A stretch of DNA of 64,000 nt from NCBI GenBank assembly GCA_002633005.1, contig NMRA01000004.1, positions 687,846 to 751,845 of the forward strand, read 5' to 3'. Shown here one piece after another: positions 1 to 13,900 of the stretch (position 1 is the stretch's first letter; each line of letters opens with the position of its first letter). Position numbers and translations under genes: made by a program. The notes under the pieces are model-generated. The model saw only the letters and a program-made list of their open reading frames with translations, had not been told where the DNA came from and made no database searches. The stretch comes from Phoronis australis (taxonomy: Eukaryota; Animalia; Phoronida).

Positions 1-3000
1 ATCACTTGGAATTTTATGACCTTGGTCTGAAGAAATAAGAAACTGCCACTTCTTTCTAAGGCAACTGACTATATGAACAATTTGAGACCAATTTCGAAAA
101 TGGTAAATGGCTTAGATCAAGACTTTTTTGACACTAATAGCACAGGTTGAATGACGCTTTAAGGTTACGTGGGACACTAGACAAAAGTCCAAATTTGACC
201 AACTTGGAAAGATCACATCTCTGAAATGGTCGATCGGATTCATATGAAACTCTCAGATTTACAGCTGTTCTCTAAAACCTACTTACGTGTTACGGATTGC
301 AGGTAAAACAAGCTCTGTGGTGGTCAAATCCTACAACAACGAAATAGTAGACAAAGTGTAGAAACAAAAATACTCATGCTGTGAACTGTGTGAACACTGT
401 TCAAATAACTCAGATTTGAAAATGAAACAGGCAACCACAACACCTTTCCTAGCTCCCTCAAATGTGTGGCATTTATGAAGAAATGTGATTTTCAAAACAG
501 AAGAGCTACAAACAAATTTTCGTGCTCCCCAACTTCGTCCCATGAGAGCTTATCTCACTCTTTTTGTAACACACAACTCATATAGATGTAATACATATAT
601 TTGATCATATAATAAGTGAGGGGTATGTTCTAAAAGTATAGATATTAGCTTCCGTGTGGTTTTCATGTTTTTATTCCGATCAGTGAGGCCACGAAACTGC
701 CATTTAGTCACATGTCCCTCCATAAATACATTAAGTAATCTCATGGGGCACAAAGTGACGACCCGAACCCGCATTTTTGGGATATTCGAAAATTTCACTT
801 CAGACTCTGAGTTGTCCCAAGCCAATAAAGTCTGTTCGCAAAATTTTCATATACCAGAGAAACTTCCGGTCACCATAAATGCATCGCGCTGAGTAGGCCC
901 GTGGCTGTTGCGATAATGAAAATACCACTATAGACGACTGCCGTCGTCCCCCGGGTCATCCCCTAGGTCCGACAATTTTTTTTACCACGACGCCTCGGGA
1001 AGCGGATTTAGTTTTATCACTCGGTGAATTCATTTGGCTGCGTCGTCTGATATAATCTCTACATTTCTAAACTTGTATAACTGGAAGGAGCAAGGATATC
1101 ACCTGTGACTAGGCCCACAGTGGCACGCTTAGTTGGCTTAATTAGTTTCTATCCACCGTTTGAACAGTGAATGTCCAATTAATACACACCCGTTTGATGT
1201 CCAAAAGAGAACACTTCATGTGCACTATACGCTAAACCAAACCTGCAGTAGGGTTGTCAGTATTTCCGTTTTTTTTTCAAGGAATACAAATCTGAGTAGT
1301 CTTTCTCATTCTTTTTAATTATTTAAACTTAATTAGTTCTTTTCTGACACTAAGAACGTTTCCCGGACGGCGAGATGACTCTGCTTATTTAATTCATCGT
1401 TGCTAGGAGCCTACCAAGAAATGTTACATTTAATAAGAATTTCGTCTGTAGTGACCATTTGAATATTATCCGTGAGTCGAGGTATCTGGTCAACGACATC
1501 AACTTAGATGATATATCCCTAGTTTCGAAATAACGTTATCTTCATGAAACAATTAAATAACTTGTGAATCGTTTAAGTACGGTTCAAAATCGGAGTCGCA
1601 ACACGGAAATTTCAATTTGTTATGTGAATTGATATGTCAGTTTCATTATTCAGGATTCCAAACTTTATAAAGATTTGATAACTGATGAAAATTATCTTAA
1701 CAGTAAATATGGAATCTTGAACGGAGAAAAAAACACGTTTGCTCGTAATTTGAACGTTTTATCTAAAAACGCAACTGACATGTATTTGTCATTGGAAATT
1801 CGACCCATCTAGTCTTGCTGATAATTTAATTCGTGTCTTTAAAGAACAACTATCTGAGTTTTTTAGGATTAACATCAGATTTTATTTTATTATTGCGTGA
1901 CACTAGGACTTTCAACTCTGCCATTTTATTCCAATACACGAATTTTTTCTCAGCCGATTCATTACATTCTTTACCTGATGGCATATTACGCGTGTAATCT
2001 ATTACACTTGAAGCTCGGCTAGTGACCGTAGAGACAGCGCAATCAATTTCAAAACAACTTTCGGATTGCAAATCACCGTACAAAACGAAACAGTTCATAT
2101 AATGCCCCGACAAAAAATCATATCGCAACCTACAAATAGGTTGAAAGTCAAACGCGAAGGTGTAGATAAGAGCAACTTTTCGAGTGGTATTGAGAAAGGT
2201 AAAGCGTTAGTTGTTCTAATAAACCTGCTTTATCAGTACATGTTGCCATGAGTAGACTATGAAAACTATTCACGACACTTGTTGATTTCAACTTTTATCA
2301 CATTTGATATGTAGGGTGAACAAAATTGAATTCGATTTTAATTAGATAATAAAGAAACTGTCAGGGTAAATAAAAGCATTGTTTACTGTTATTATGCATG
2401 TGGTAATTTCCGAGGTCCAGGTGTTAGAATCGAGCGGGAGCAAACTCGATCGGCCTTAAGTGATAGCTACAGAAAGATTGTGCAGTACCTTTGTATGATG
2501 ATCTCTAAATAGCTAATGCTCCCACGGCCCGATTTATTATAACGGTTGCAAAACTGATATTGTTTTCAGAAATAACGAACTCTTTAAGAAAATGTGGGGA
2601 TATTAATAATCGATGTTAATTCCAACTACAGACAATACATACACATATTACAGCCTATCCACCCATCATGGCTTCTAGCTTGGAAATCTAATTCCCGTGC
2701 GAAAAGTGACCATGTTACGATTGAGGTAATCGTGGCATAACTCGTATATTATGACTGGTTTGAACAGCAGTCGTTTTCACCAAACATATTTTCTGTGTTT
2801 TTCTTTGCTCTAGATCGTGTGCAGAAAATTCGTCACACATTTCCAAGGCAAAATGAAGAGGAGGAATGCTTTATATAACTAGAATAGGCTGTTGATATGT
2901 TGCACTGACTACTAAACGAATAGTTAAAAAGACTCGCTGAGTCATTTGTTTGATGACTATGGGCCATGAACTACAGTGAATTGAGAACGAAGAATCAACT

Positions 3001-3164
3001 CGGTGGGGGGAGAGCCAATTTAGTTTTAAAGGGTCTGCGAGACATTCTATACTATATAATCTATACATTATATGTTACTTGGCAATACCGCAGACAGGGA
3101 ACCAATTTTCTTATTCAAATATTGCGCTTGCAGCTAGACAAAAAATATAAATATGTATATGTAC

Positions 3165-3563
3165 CTCGACGCTTTTAGACAACGGAAAGGTATCTGTTCG
3201 CCTGTGTTTCCGTTTTTCTCTTGGAACTCGATGGTTGACCATCACCCCCCTCGTGTAATCCGGGCGGGCGGGCAAGAGAGAGTGAGGCAGTCGCCATTCT
3301 TCAGGCTGCAAAGTCGCTGGCTTTGGATCATGAGAAACCTTCCAGCGCGCCTCGTAAATTGCTTGTTGGTGGAGCGACCTCAAGTCCAGTTCCTTTCCAT
3401 TGTGATCCTTGATGACGATGTAGGGAAGCTTGTGAGGGAGAGGTTCTGATTTAACCGTCTCGGCTAGCTCTGGGTTTCGTCTTGGAGTGGTATACGACCC
3501 TGCAACGGACAAGGCCTCCTCGGAATACCACTCCAGGGTCTGCCCTATCGCCGGCAGAGACAT
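3165..3563 (-). CDS. First coding exon of an unidentified minus-strand gene (133 codons, MSLPAIGQTLEWYSEE...PLSKSVE); downstream exons not identified
   Basis: Open frame from ATG 3563 in a locally GC-richer segment, ending at GAG|gtacat donor (3165/3164) where composition switches to AT-rich. CCAAT and X-box-like motifs lie upstream. No family recognised. Confidence 0.6.
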
Positions 3564-3829
3564 TATCGTTTCCTGACACCCGTTTTCACTCAGGAAAGTC
3601 GCACTCTTCAGCGTTTATCCTACAGCTTGATTTTACAGGTGTCACAGAGACTGCAGCATAATCCAGAAATGCGCAAAAGCGTGTGAGAATGTGTTAATAA
3701 ATAAGCACGTTAAATTCATTTCCAAGACTGTGAGATCGATCTGATCTGTAAATATACGTCGCGCTGATATCATTCGGTAGATACCGTCTGATTAACTAAA
3801 CATGTACCGTGTCATCACTTTACGGCCCT

Positions 3830-3853
3830 CTCTCCATGCCAACGACCAATCAG
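3830..3853. promoter_or_regulatory. Imperfect X-box (RFX)-like motif CTCTCCATGCCAAC followed by CCAAT box (CCAATCAG)
   Basis: Motif match by eye about 270 bp upstream of the ATG at 3563. Confidence 0.3.
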
Positions 3854-6800
3854 AGCACGGCTTTAGAGCCTACCCGGCCCATTGCACATTGCACTTTCAA
3901 TGGAAACTTATATTTATGTTCACCCATATGCCAGACTTCGTCCAAACACTAATAGTCACACCTGTAAATTACCCGTACCTTTCATAGAACACCGTGACAC
4001 GTGAAATGAGATGAAAAAGTATTTAGTATTTCTTTGTTATTCTATGTACATTACCCCGACATTTGCTTTTCACGAAGCTCACAATAAAATTGACGTATGC
4101 TTTTTCAATCATCGCGTAGAACAATATTTGACAAGCGAGATCCGCTGTGTTATGTGAGCTATAAGATTTCTATAACAGCGATGCATATAGAGTTTACTCT
4201 GCAAGATTTAAATGTTAGCATTTAGCATCGCAGCATATTCTTTCTCTAATGACCCATTAACAACAGCAATTACCTCGCTTTATAGCACACTGATGATTGA
4301 TTGAAATAGAGCTTAAGGAAAAATAAATTTACATTCGATCATTCAACACGATTAGGTAACGAAAATAAACAAAAATGTGTTGGATAAATATCATAGATAT
4401 GCCCAACCATTTCACCACAATGACAAAGTGTACACACGCATTTCTCTGAAATTCCAGTCTCACGAACATGTATAAAGTCTTGTTATATTTTGCCGCGCCG
4501 TGCTTTAACCGTTAGTCTTAAGGTCACGAGAATAAGTACAAGCAGTTCCATCATTGATTGAAAACTTTCCTTGATTTCACCTCCCAGAATACAAATTGCC
4601 AAAAGACACAAANTGGGGCATTGGGTGAAACTGAGGCGATTTCTTAGATGGCCAGCGAGGTAGAAAGCAGAACCAACTATGCATTTTGGCCTATTTTTGA
4701 CCGAAGACGGCTTTAAAAAAGTATGCCGCGAACCAAATTGGGACCTTCACACGATGTGTTAATGGATGAGCTTGCGAAGATGTGATATTTTGACGTTTGC
4801 ACAGTCGGCCCAAAATAACGCGATCGATCATTGAGACCTATGACCACACTTTCTAAAATAAACTAGTCCAGTTTGAAAAAGGCTAAAGTTTATAGCGTAC
4901 TTCGTAATTTCTCATTTCAGCAGTAAATAGAAAAAACACGAAGGTTTAAAAATGAGGCAACTGTCTTTAGCTAAACGTGTCTATTGGACGATTGTTGTGC
5001 TCAAACTCGGTGTATGTTTTGGTTATGAGGACAGCATGAAAGTTTTGACCTATCTATCTCTGTGTAAAATCACGCGTTCTCAGCTCACACCAAAAATTAA
5101 CAGTAGACAATGAATTCATAGCTTTCAATGGCAACATATGGACATGAAAAGCGCAGTTTCTCAGTTCAAAATATCAATGAAATTATGTGAAAATGGGCGT
5201 AAGAGAACCTGTTTTCCCCAATGAATAACGGGCATCAGACCGGTTCTCAAAATCCGAAATCCTTGAATGTGACTTTTCCCCAAAAATGTTCCTTAAATGA
5301 CAAGTCCTTCCAGTACGACCAGTTTGTACTTTTTCACATGTAGACCCTCTCATTTACGCGCTTGTGGAAAACGTCAGTTAAAGAAAACAAGTCAAGCGAT
5401 TGTGCAAAGTTCACTTATTTTGGAATGCAAGTAATGAACATGAAAATACAACATCACGCCTGGAGTGAGATTAAAGTACTCGACAATGCGATAACAGACA
5501 TCATCTATGAAAATTGCCCCTCTTTGATTGGTAATTTGACTTGGATGCCAGATTACATACGAACATGGGTCACAGGTCTATTTTCATGAATTGCTAGATA
5601 TTACCTGGGAGTTATAATTTCATTATAGTCCTAGATATTACCCTCATCTGCCAGTAACACACTTCTCAAGTAAAGAAGAAGGCGACCTAATGATCACTAA
5701 AAGGGGCACATAACCATGCACTGTGTATTAATTAGCCATCTTAGCAGAAACCGCAGGGTTGTTGACGACAATCAAAACACAAGCTTACGAGTAACGACAC
5801 ACAGAGTAAACCACTTTAAAAGCTCGGTAAACACAGTCCGCCAATTCCCTGAAGTAGGCCCACGCTGAACAACACTGGTCGTTGTTCGAAATAACAACTT
5901 GTGCCATTCAGTGTTTGAACGAGAAATTATAAGAGGAAATATTAAAAAATGTCAACACTGTCTCAAATACCGATCCCTAAAAAGTTTTCATTTTCTTGAA
6001 GGATTTTGCCACTCGGGTTAGATATGCAGAGACCCTTGGTCGGAGACGCCAAAATTACCAGGTACCTGACCAGCCGTCACCTTTACCCTCTCCACGAGAC
6101 GATTCTTATTCCATTTTCGTTCTAATTCAGTTTCTGGTAGTCTGGTAGTGCAAGGAACAAAACACTACGGAATTTTTTTTGTAGACTCCATCTTTTTGTC
6201 TCTGTCAAGCAACGTTAGTCTTTCGCATAGGTTGATTCAAGTAAAAAGGACAAGGACATAAATCCAGGAATACATAATTTCAAGTGGAATGTACGTTTTT
6301 CACTGAAAAAAAAAACATTCCAAGCGTATCCCGCTCAACAACATATTCTAATAAAACGTGCCCCACTGAGAATACATAGTCCAAGACAATAATGTAGAGA
6401 ATGGCGTAAAATCAGATTAAGTAAATTAAGTGACTCACCAATCAGTGTAAGGGATATTTTAAAAAATGCAATAAAATAAAAGAGTACTTATGGCAAATGG
6501 ACGCCTTTCAGAACTTTCAACTAAAAATCACTACACAATTAAAAGTAAGCAGCGATGTCTTCATTAGTTATTTATAATCCACTGTTCTTTGACGTATTCT
6601 GCTCGACCCCCCTATCCCAGGTATCCCTCCAACACCTAATGGAAAGAAATCCACAGGGTGTGGCACCTCAAGCGCCATCTATCGCTTATTTCTTATGAAT
6701 GGAGAACCCTGATTAGTGTTTGAGTGGAACACCAGAAAAATCACAGAGGTATATTACACAACAAAGGAGTACAGTTTGCAAATATATTTTAGCAAAATAT

Positions 6801-8962
6801 TTCATCAATGAGAACTCCTTTGACAACATGCTCGATCCAGTATAACCAACAACCAACAATAAACCCATGAGCAACAAATATTTGTTTCAGAACAAACATT
6901 ACTACAGTTTTTGCTACATCAGCGAGTCATTTCACACTTTTTCTCAATATGGTATTTCTTCAGGTATTTCCACAAAAAACATTTGTAAAAAATTCATCTC
7001 TCTATTTCACAAAGGCTGATTATTTAGCACTAAACAATGGCAACTTTACCAAATGTTTTGTCTATTCTGTACCAACCAGCCTAGTAATAAACAAAAATTT
7101 CCCACACCCCTTAATGATATTTTTGTTCAGAAATGTGACAAAGCAAAATTTCAATAGTGCAAAATAATGAGTGTTAAATAGGTGAAGGAATACCATATAT
7201 AGACCAGCCAACGGACACTAATTGGACTAGTAGAAGCCTTTATTTGAACACTCAAATGCATACCTCAGAAACCTAGATGCTACCGCAAGTCACCACACCT
7301 TCACAGTGAACAATAATTGTATTTACATAATTTACACATATTATACATCATAAATACGAGGTAATAATCATATAAAAACATCACTAATCATCATAATCTT
7401 ACTGTTCCACCCTCATGCTAAAAGGCAAAGACATAACTGACAAGACTTGGTAAGGGCAAAGGAAAATAACCATATTTTGAACGACACAAATTACTTATCC
7501 TGGAATCCTGGACGTGACAATAATCAAAAACTTGTAAATTATGTAGAAGCTTTATAATTAAGAGCATCTTATGAAATGAAACTCCGTGTACCAAACCTTC
7601 CATTGTCTTTACGACATCAGTCACAGCGGGTTGGGAATACTCTTCACCGATTAAGGAATAACAAAATTCTGCGACCTAATTAATGCACTATCTATCACGC
7701 CATAAGTAAGAGCATCATCAACAAAATGAAAACTTTTAGCGGTTTTGACAAATACTCAAGTACTTGCACTACCACGCATTTTTGTGGACATAATAAAACT
7801 GAAGATTTCAGAATCTCGTATGTAATCTCACTTATAAGCATGGTTATAAGTACATCGCATTCATTGGACTCTTAAAAAAAAGTGTATAAATTGTAAGCGC
7901 ATGCGAGCACCGAGCCTAAAATATGGGGGGGGGGTGTCGAATTTTTGGTAACGTGGACCTTTTATCAACAAGAACAAGGGGGGACTAAACAAAACAAAAA
8001 ACGGGTTACTACGTTCCTAGCTATGAATTGTGAATTCGTGACTTTTTGTCTAGCTTTCTCGCACTTTTTGTTTCGAACCCTTTTGCCCCAGGGTGCGTGC
8101 ATGAAGAGCTCCTGGAGTTGATCCCCAATTCGAGAAGAAAAATATTCCAGTTTGATATGGCAATTCTTCACTTATTTCATACAAAAACGTTTGCAAAAAT
8201 GGTAATTTTTCCAGTTTTCAAAGGCTAACTGCAATGTTAAAGATGTAAAATTGACCAAGTGTATGTTTTATCATAATTATACAGGACAGACTACTTTAAT
8301 CATTAAATAGAACTTTCGTCAAGCTATTTTTGTTGAAAAATGTGACAAACTGCATTTTCATGTGTCAGCTATATTTTGTGACCATAAGACATGATGTGAC
8401 CACATAGGACTCTATAGAGATATCTTCTCCATACACACACAGTACCGGACTCGGAGATGAAAATTCACATTACGCATACGCAACTAGCACTTTAGGGTCT
8501 AACACACCAAACGTGTTGTCGTCACATTTGCTGAAACAGGCTAGTGACCGGCAGAAACGGATAACATAGGCCAAAAACTCGACTCTCATGTGACAGCATC
8601 CACCAGGTTTTTGATCACTCTTTGTTGGTTGGCACTTTGTTTTTGTACAATTTTTGAGATCATAATGACACCTAACTTAGTGTGACAAGGCCCTTTGAAA
8701 CAAATGACACATTCTGGAAATGCCAACATTGAGTGCCGACGCTGTCAGACCTGAAAACAGTGATCCTGGAATTATTCTATGCTATCAACCAACTTTGCTT
8801 ACTTAATGGGAAAAAAGTAATTTTGTCATGATAAATTAAACAGCTGTAATAATCATTTTCTGTACACTGAAATGGTTTCATATTACAATAAATTAATAAT
8901 GCAAATGACTAATTCTGACATAAAGCAAACTGTTTTGATTAAACCTGGAACACAGGCGCTTT

Positions 8963-10409
8963 AACAATAGCAATGTGGAGCGTTGAAATGTGCCCACAAA
9001 TGCATCGCAAATGGTGTGCTGTTAGGGTTGCTTATTTGTGACATAAAAATGGCCACTAGATGGTGCAAAAACATACCATCCATCTGAAAACGGGCACATG
9101 CTTATTTAATAGAAAGTTATACACCAAATTTCATAAAAATCCGTCACGAAACTTCAGAGAAACAAAGGAAAACAGAATAAAATGAAATTGCCACTAGGGG
9201 GCACAGTGTTCATTGGATTCGCCTTAAAGTCGTCATTGTTGTTAGTGTCATATAAATACATTTACTAATTAAATTTAATACAGAACCTACAGTGGGTTTA
9301 GGAGACACAGTTATGGGCGCAAAACAAAACAAAACTACCACTAGGAGGCGTCATAGTAGTCAAAGTCGTCATCATTAACCGTCCTCTTCACACTGAGAAC
9401 ATCTACGCCAATTCAAAACCATCCTTAGAATGATTTGACTAAAAAACAGCCAAAATAGCCACTAGGTGGTGCAAAATACATTGATTCCATTTGAAAACGG
9501 GAGGATAGCATCATCTCACCAATAGATACCCCTATTCAAAATTTCATGAAAATCTGTTGAGGATCTTTTAAGATACAGAGGTAAACGTAAAACTAAAATT
9601 ACCACCAGGGGCATACCAGAAGTCACATCCATCCCAAAATGATCATCGTCCGTTGTCAACATCATATAAACACATTTCTTAAATTTAGTAAAAATCCTGC
9701 AAACGGTGTAGGAGATATAGCCATGGGTGCAAAAAAGAAACTGCCACTAGGAGGTGCCAAAGTAGTCAAAGTCATCAGAAAATCATTGTCAGCCGTCCAC
9801 TTCATAGTAACAATATATATGCCAATTTTCACAATTTTCCTGAAACCGGTTTGGTTGACAGAGGGGTGGATGCCAAAAAACAGACACGAAAACATTAAAA
9901 ATGGCCACTAGGTGGTGCAAACCAGGTCGAATCCATCTGAAAACGGAGATAGTGTCACCTCACTAACAGAAGCCTGTACGCTAAATTTTATGAAATTACG
10001 TTGAGGACCTTTGAAGATACAGAGGTAAACATAAAAAATAAAATTGACACTAGGTGGCACACCAGTCGTCAGAACTGTCCGAAAGTCATCGTTGTCCATT
10101 GCCAACATCATATAGATGCACTTACCAAATTTAGTAAAGATGCTGCAAACAGTTTAGGAGATACAGCCACAGGCGCAAAAAACAAAACTGCCACTAGGAG
10201 GCGCCAGTGGTCAAGTCGTCGGAAAATCATAGTCAACCATCCTCTTCATAGTAAGAACATACATGCCAATTTTTACAATCATGCTTAGAGCGGTTTGGTT
10301 GATAAAGGGGTGGACGTCAAAAAACAGACTCGAAAACAGTAAATATGGCCACTAACCGCCCGGACAGAGATGACGGCATAATGCGTTCACATATGTGGAC
10401 GCATAAAAA
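8963..10409. mobile_element. Helentron-associated non-autonomous element (HINE/DINE-1-like) with an internal tandem-repeat core
   Basis: Starts AACAA with subTIR-like ATGTGCCCACA (~8986). Ends with CGGACAGA, the hairpin ATGCGTTCAC-ATAT-GTGGACGCAT (10381-10404) and an A-run. Internal tandem array in between; this is the HINE layout. Confidence 0.6.
9045..10355 (+). repeat. Higher-order tandem repeat: ~445-bp unit of three ~145-bp monomers, each with a CCACTAG(G/A)NGG(C/T)GC-like motif
   Basis: Motifs at 9053, 9191, 9338, 9459, 9602, 9744, 9905, 10047, 10191. Offsets 9459-9905=446, 9602-10047=445, 9744-10191=447. Confidence 0.85.
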
Positions 10410-10973
10410 TGTTTGTTCAGTCATCTACACCAAATTACAACGCAACTCTAGTTATATTTTTCGTTCATAAAATGAAATCAATATGTCTTTGATTTTGGTA
10501 TTGTTTTAAAATTCACACAGTTGAGTGCCTAATCAAAGTTTGTATTTGATGCACTGCACCACTAAAGCTACAAATTCGAGACTGAACTCGAATCGTTTTG
10601 TTTGAACTTTAGTTTGTGGCCAGTATTACTTACTCACTGGTGTAAACCATAACTTGGTAAAGTATAAAACCAAAGACATATTTACCAAGACTTTATGATT
10701 AAAAGAATATCAAAACTAAATTGAGTTAAACGTCCAGGCACAAGATCTTTAGCCTCAAAGTTCTGACACAAACTTGGCTCATGAACCTTTCGAGATCCAC
10801 AAATGACATGTCACTTCACACAAACTGGTTATTATGACATTCATAAAATCCCTCTGACTTTAACCCGCAACATGCGATGATCCGAAAGACTTTTAACGTC
10901 AAATCTAACCAAGGGTAATTCTGACGTTTGACAATTGCACCACTGTCAATGTCCACCATTAAAACTCTGGAAT

Positions 10974-13900
10974 TTACACCACCTCATCTTTTCTTTTAAC
11001 TACGCCGTTGACTTGATGGGGTGCTTCAGCCACATGGCTTTGAGGTGGATTGCTGTTACGCACCTCGAATACCTCTTGTATGGCATTCCGGAAGCAGTGG
11101 AAATTGTAGTCTATGATACCTGCAGGAAAACAATGAAAACATGGATATGAACCCCCACAAAGTGATTTCCTGAAACTGCTTGCAAACACCATGTTTCTGT
11201 CAATCAAATATATCTGACAAACTATCAATCAATTACTTGATTGTGCCTCCAGTAATCACTGTTTGACAACATGTTAATTATGAGTAGCAGAGATCTTGTT
11301 ATTTTGTGACACATTTAGGAAACTATCCATAGAACCAACCATCAGTCCTGGGGCATTAACAAGGAACCCCACAACATACAAGGAAGCAACCAATCACACT
11401 AAACTAGGAAAGTTCATTCAGCCACGATTCAAGGAATTTAATAGTTTTATGACAGTCCCTCATGCGCAAAGGCAGATGACTATCCTCAGAGTTCGTATCA
11501 GTTTTTCAGAATTCATAAATTTAAGGAAAAAGATTGTCATCTTCTTGACAGTGTTCCATGAGGCAAAGGAACATCTACAAGATGAATGGTCATTAAAAAC
11601 TTCCATCGAAATAAAATCAGTCTTGTGACAATGTGCTAGTGTATTTGAATGTACCATGCAAAAAACAGTTTTTGGTGATACTTACAACTACTTTTAACGA
11701 TTTTTGACAGAACCAAAAATAGATAAGGTCAAGACAGTGTGGAGAACAGACTTTTCTATGGACAAAAAACATTATGCATGAACATCCCAGAGTAGATATT
11801 TATGATAGATGATTCTCTCTCGTAACCTGGAGACAGTAAATGAATGAGTTTTGACTCCTGTGAAAAAATTATTTCCCGCAATCCTCAATTTGCAAATATC
11901 CTACCTTGTTTTTCAAAACTATCTTCTCGTAGAATGCAGACCAGAGCCAGAAATTTGTTGACCTCGCGCAGGTAGAGAATGGTCTGATTGTTCATCTTGA
12001 TGACTGACGAAGACTTGACATCGAATGCACCCACCTCTGTCTCTTCATGGAGTCTGCAACCATTACCCTGATTGTCATTATTGTTGGTAAACTTGTCATT
12101 ATTGTTGGTAAACTAGCAGTATTCTTATTATTACATCAAATTGATAAAGCGCTTACTACCAAGCACTGAGCAGTAAAATAAAAAATAACTGACAATTCAA
12201 ACTATGGATCACTGAAAATGTACGTGATATTAAAAAAAACAGACTTTAGAAAATGAGGCAGAGAAAGCATTTCTTCAACTGCAGACCAACTGTACAGGAT
12301 GTCTCTCCAGTGTTGTAAGTAAACTTTTGAATGCTTTATTTTTTGTATTTCTAGAAGTTGCTAAACGCCCCCTTAAATGCCAGACGTCACTGTGTGCAAA
12401 CACCTATTCATAGATACAATGATATAATGACATCAATCACGTCACAGCACAGTTCAGATTAATTATTAAATATTTATTAATACTTGACATCATATAGTGC
12501 AAACGACCTACCCATAGATACAAGACACGTCAATAACAACATCAATCATGTCACAGCACAGTTCATATGTCTGCATGTCAACAGGGGAGCTGTCTGTAGC
12601 TATGTAGATCTTACTGACAACGTCAAATAGGAAACCCTTTTCTATTCCAGAATTCTGAAATACATCAACAAATGCGGCAAACAATAAAGAAACTATTGGA
12701 TGATCGTAGCAAACAAAATCGTTAAGTTGTTGGAACACCATGTACAGCCATCATTGAAAACTTGTTTTGGGATAAAACTGTTTGCTATGGTCTTTTGAGA
12801 TGATTTCTAAGTGATCCTATAATACATGATAAAAAGAAACAATGACCAAAAAAATGATCTTTAGTTTTAGTGGGATGATTTACCAAATTTTTTGTTGTCA
12901 AAATCTTTTAAGACAAATAGCTCACAGTAGTTGACGTGATTCTCAAATTCAATTGACCAGAATATTTCACTTGAGGTTAAGACTGGTCTGAGCATTTTGT
13001 CATTCACCTATCTTTTCTAATGTGATTTCCATCTTTGTGTTTTTCAATGAGGAACACATTTCATCATATATAGATCATAACAAGTTTGTATCTCACATTT
13101 ACAATCACAACTGAACAATGACCAAAACAGAATAGGCTGGTGTTTTAGTTTTATTAAACTACAGGAATTTCAGTGCATAATTGCAAAGGGAAAACTAGTT
13201 AAAAACCATGTGCAAACTTTGCCTAGGATGCCAGGAAAAATATGGCAGAAACCAAAGACCGTACAATAGAATTCAATTTGGTGAAAAATGAACAGGATGT
13301 TTTAGAGATGAATGTCTACTCACCTGAATAAAAATATTTAGTAGGTTCTCAAGAGCAGGCAGCTGTGGTATTAATTTCTGAACGACTTTACTGAAGGCTT
13401 CAAATATCGAATGATCGTATATACTGGTCAGGTAGAAACTGCGAATTAAAGAACATGAGAAAAAAATGTATGACAACAGTCACATTCATCATCAACAACG
13501 TCACATGAATCACTACTGCTTCACATTTTCAAAGTGCGCCTAAGCATATGAGATATCAACGAGAAACCGTTTTCTGAAAATAAGTTTTCATGCTCTTTAA
13601 CGAACACAGAAGGCCATAATGAAATACAATCCAAACCTTGTCAATGTTGACACAGGTGAGAAGTTACAAAACATCGTAACATACCTGAGGTGCAGTGAGT
13701 CTAGACCCACGTCTGTCAAATCGTCGTTCGCCCTCTGGTGGATATCACGCTGAGTCTCGATTTTGTGGTCGTCAGACAGGCCATCAACTTTGTGGATGAA
13801 AACTTCGAATTTGATTTTTGGATTAACTTTAAAAGCTCGGGACACTGTCATGTGTAATTTTTCTAAGGCTTCCATATAGTCATCCTACAACAGAAAAAAT

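Noticed and set aside
9045-10355. CRISPR-like regularly spaced motif
   Set aside because: Intervening sequences are homologous to each other with 445-bp periodicity; eukaryotic context and no cas genes
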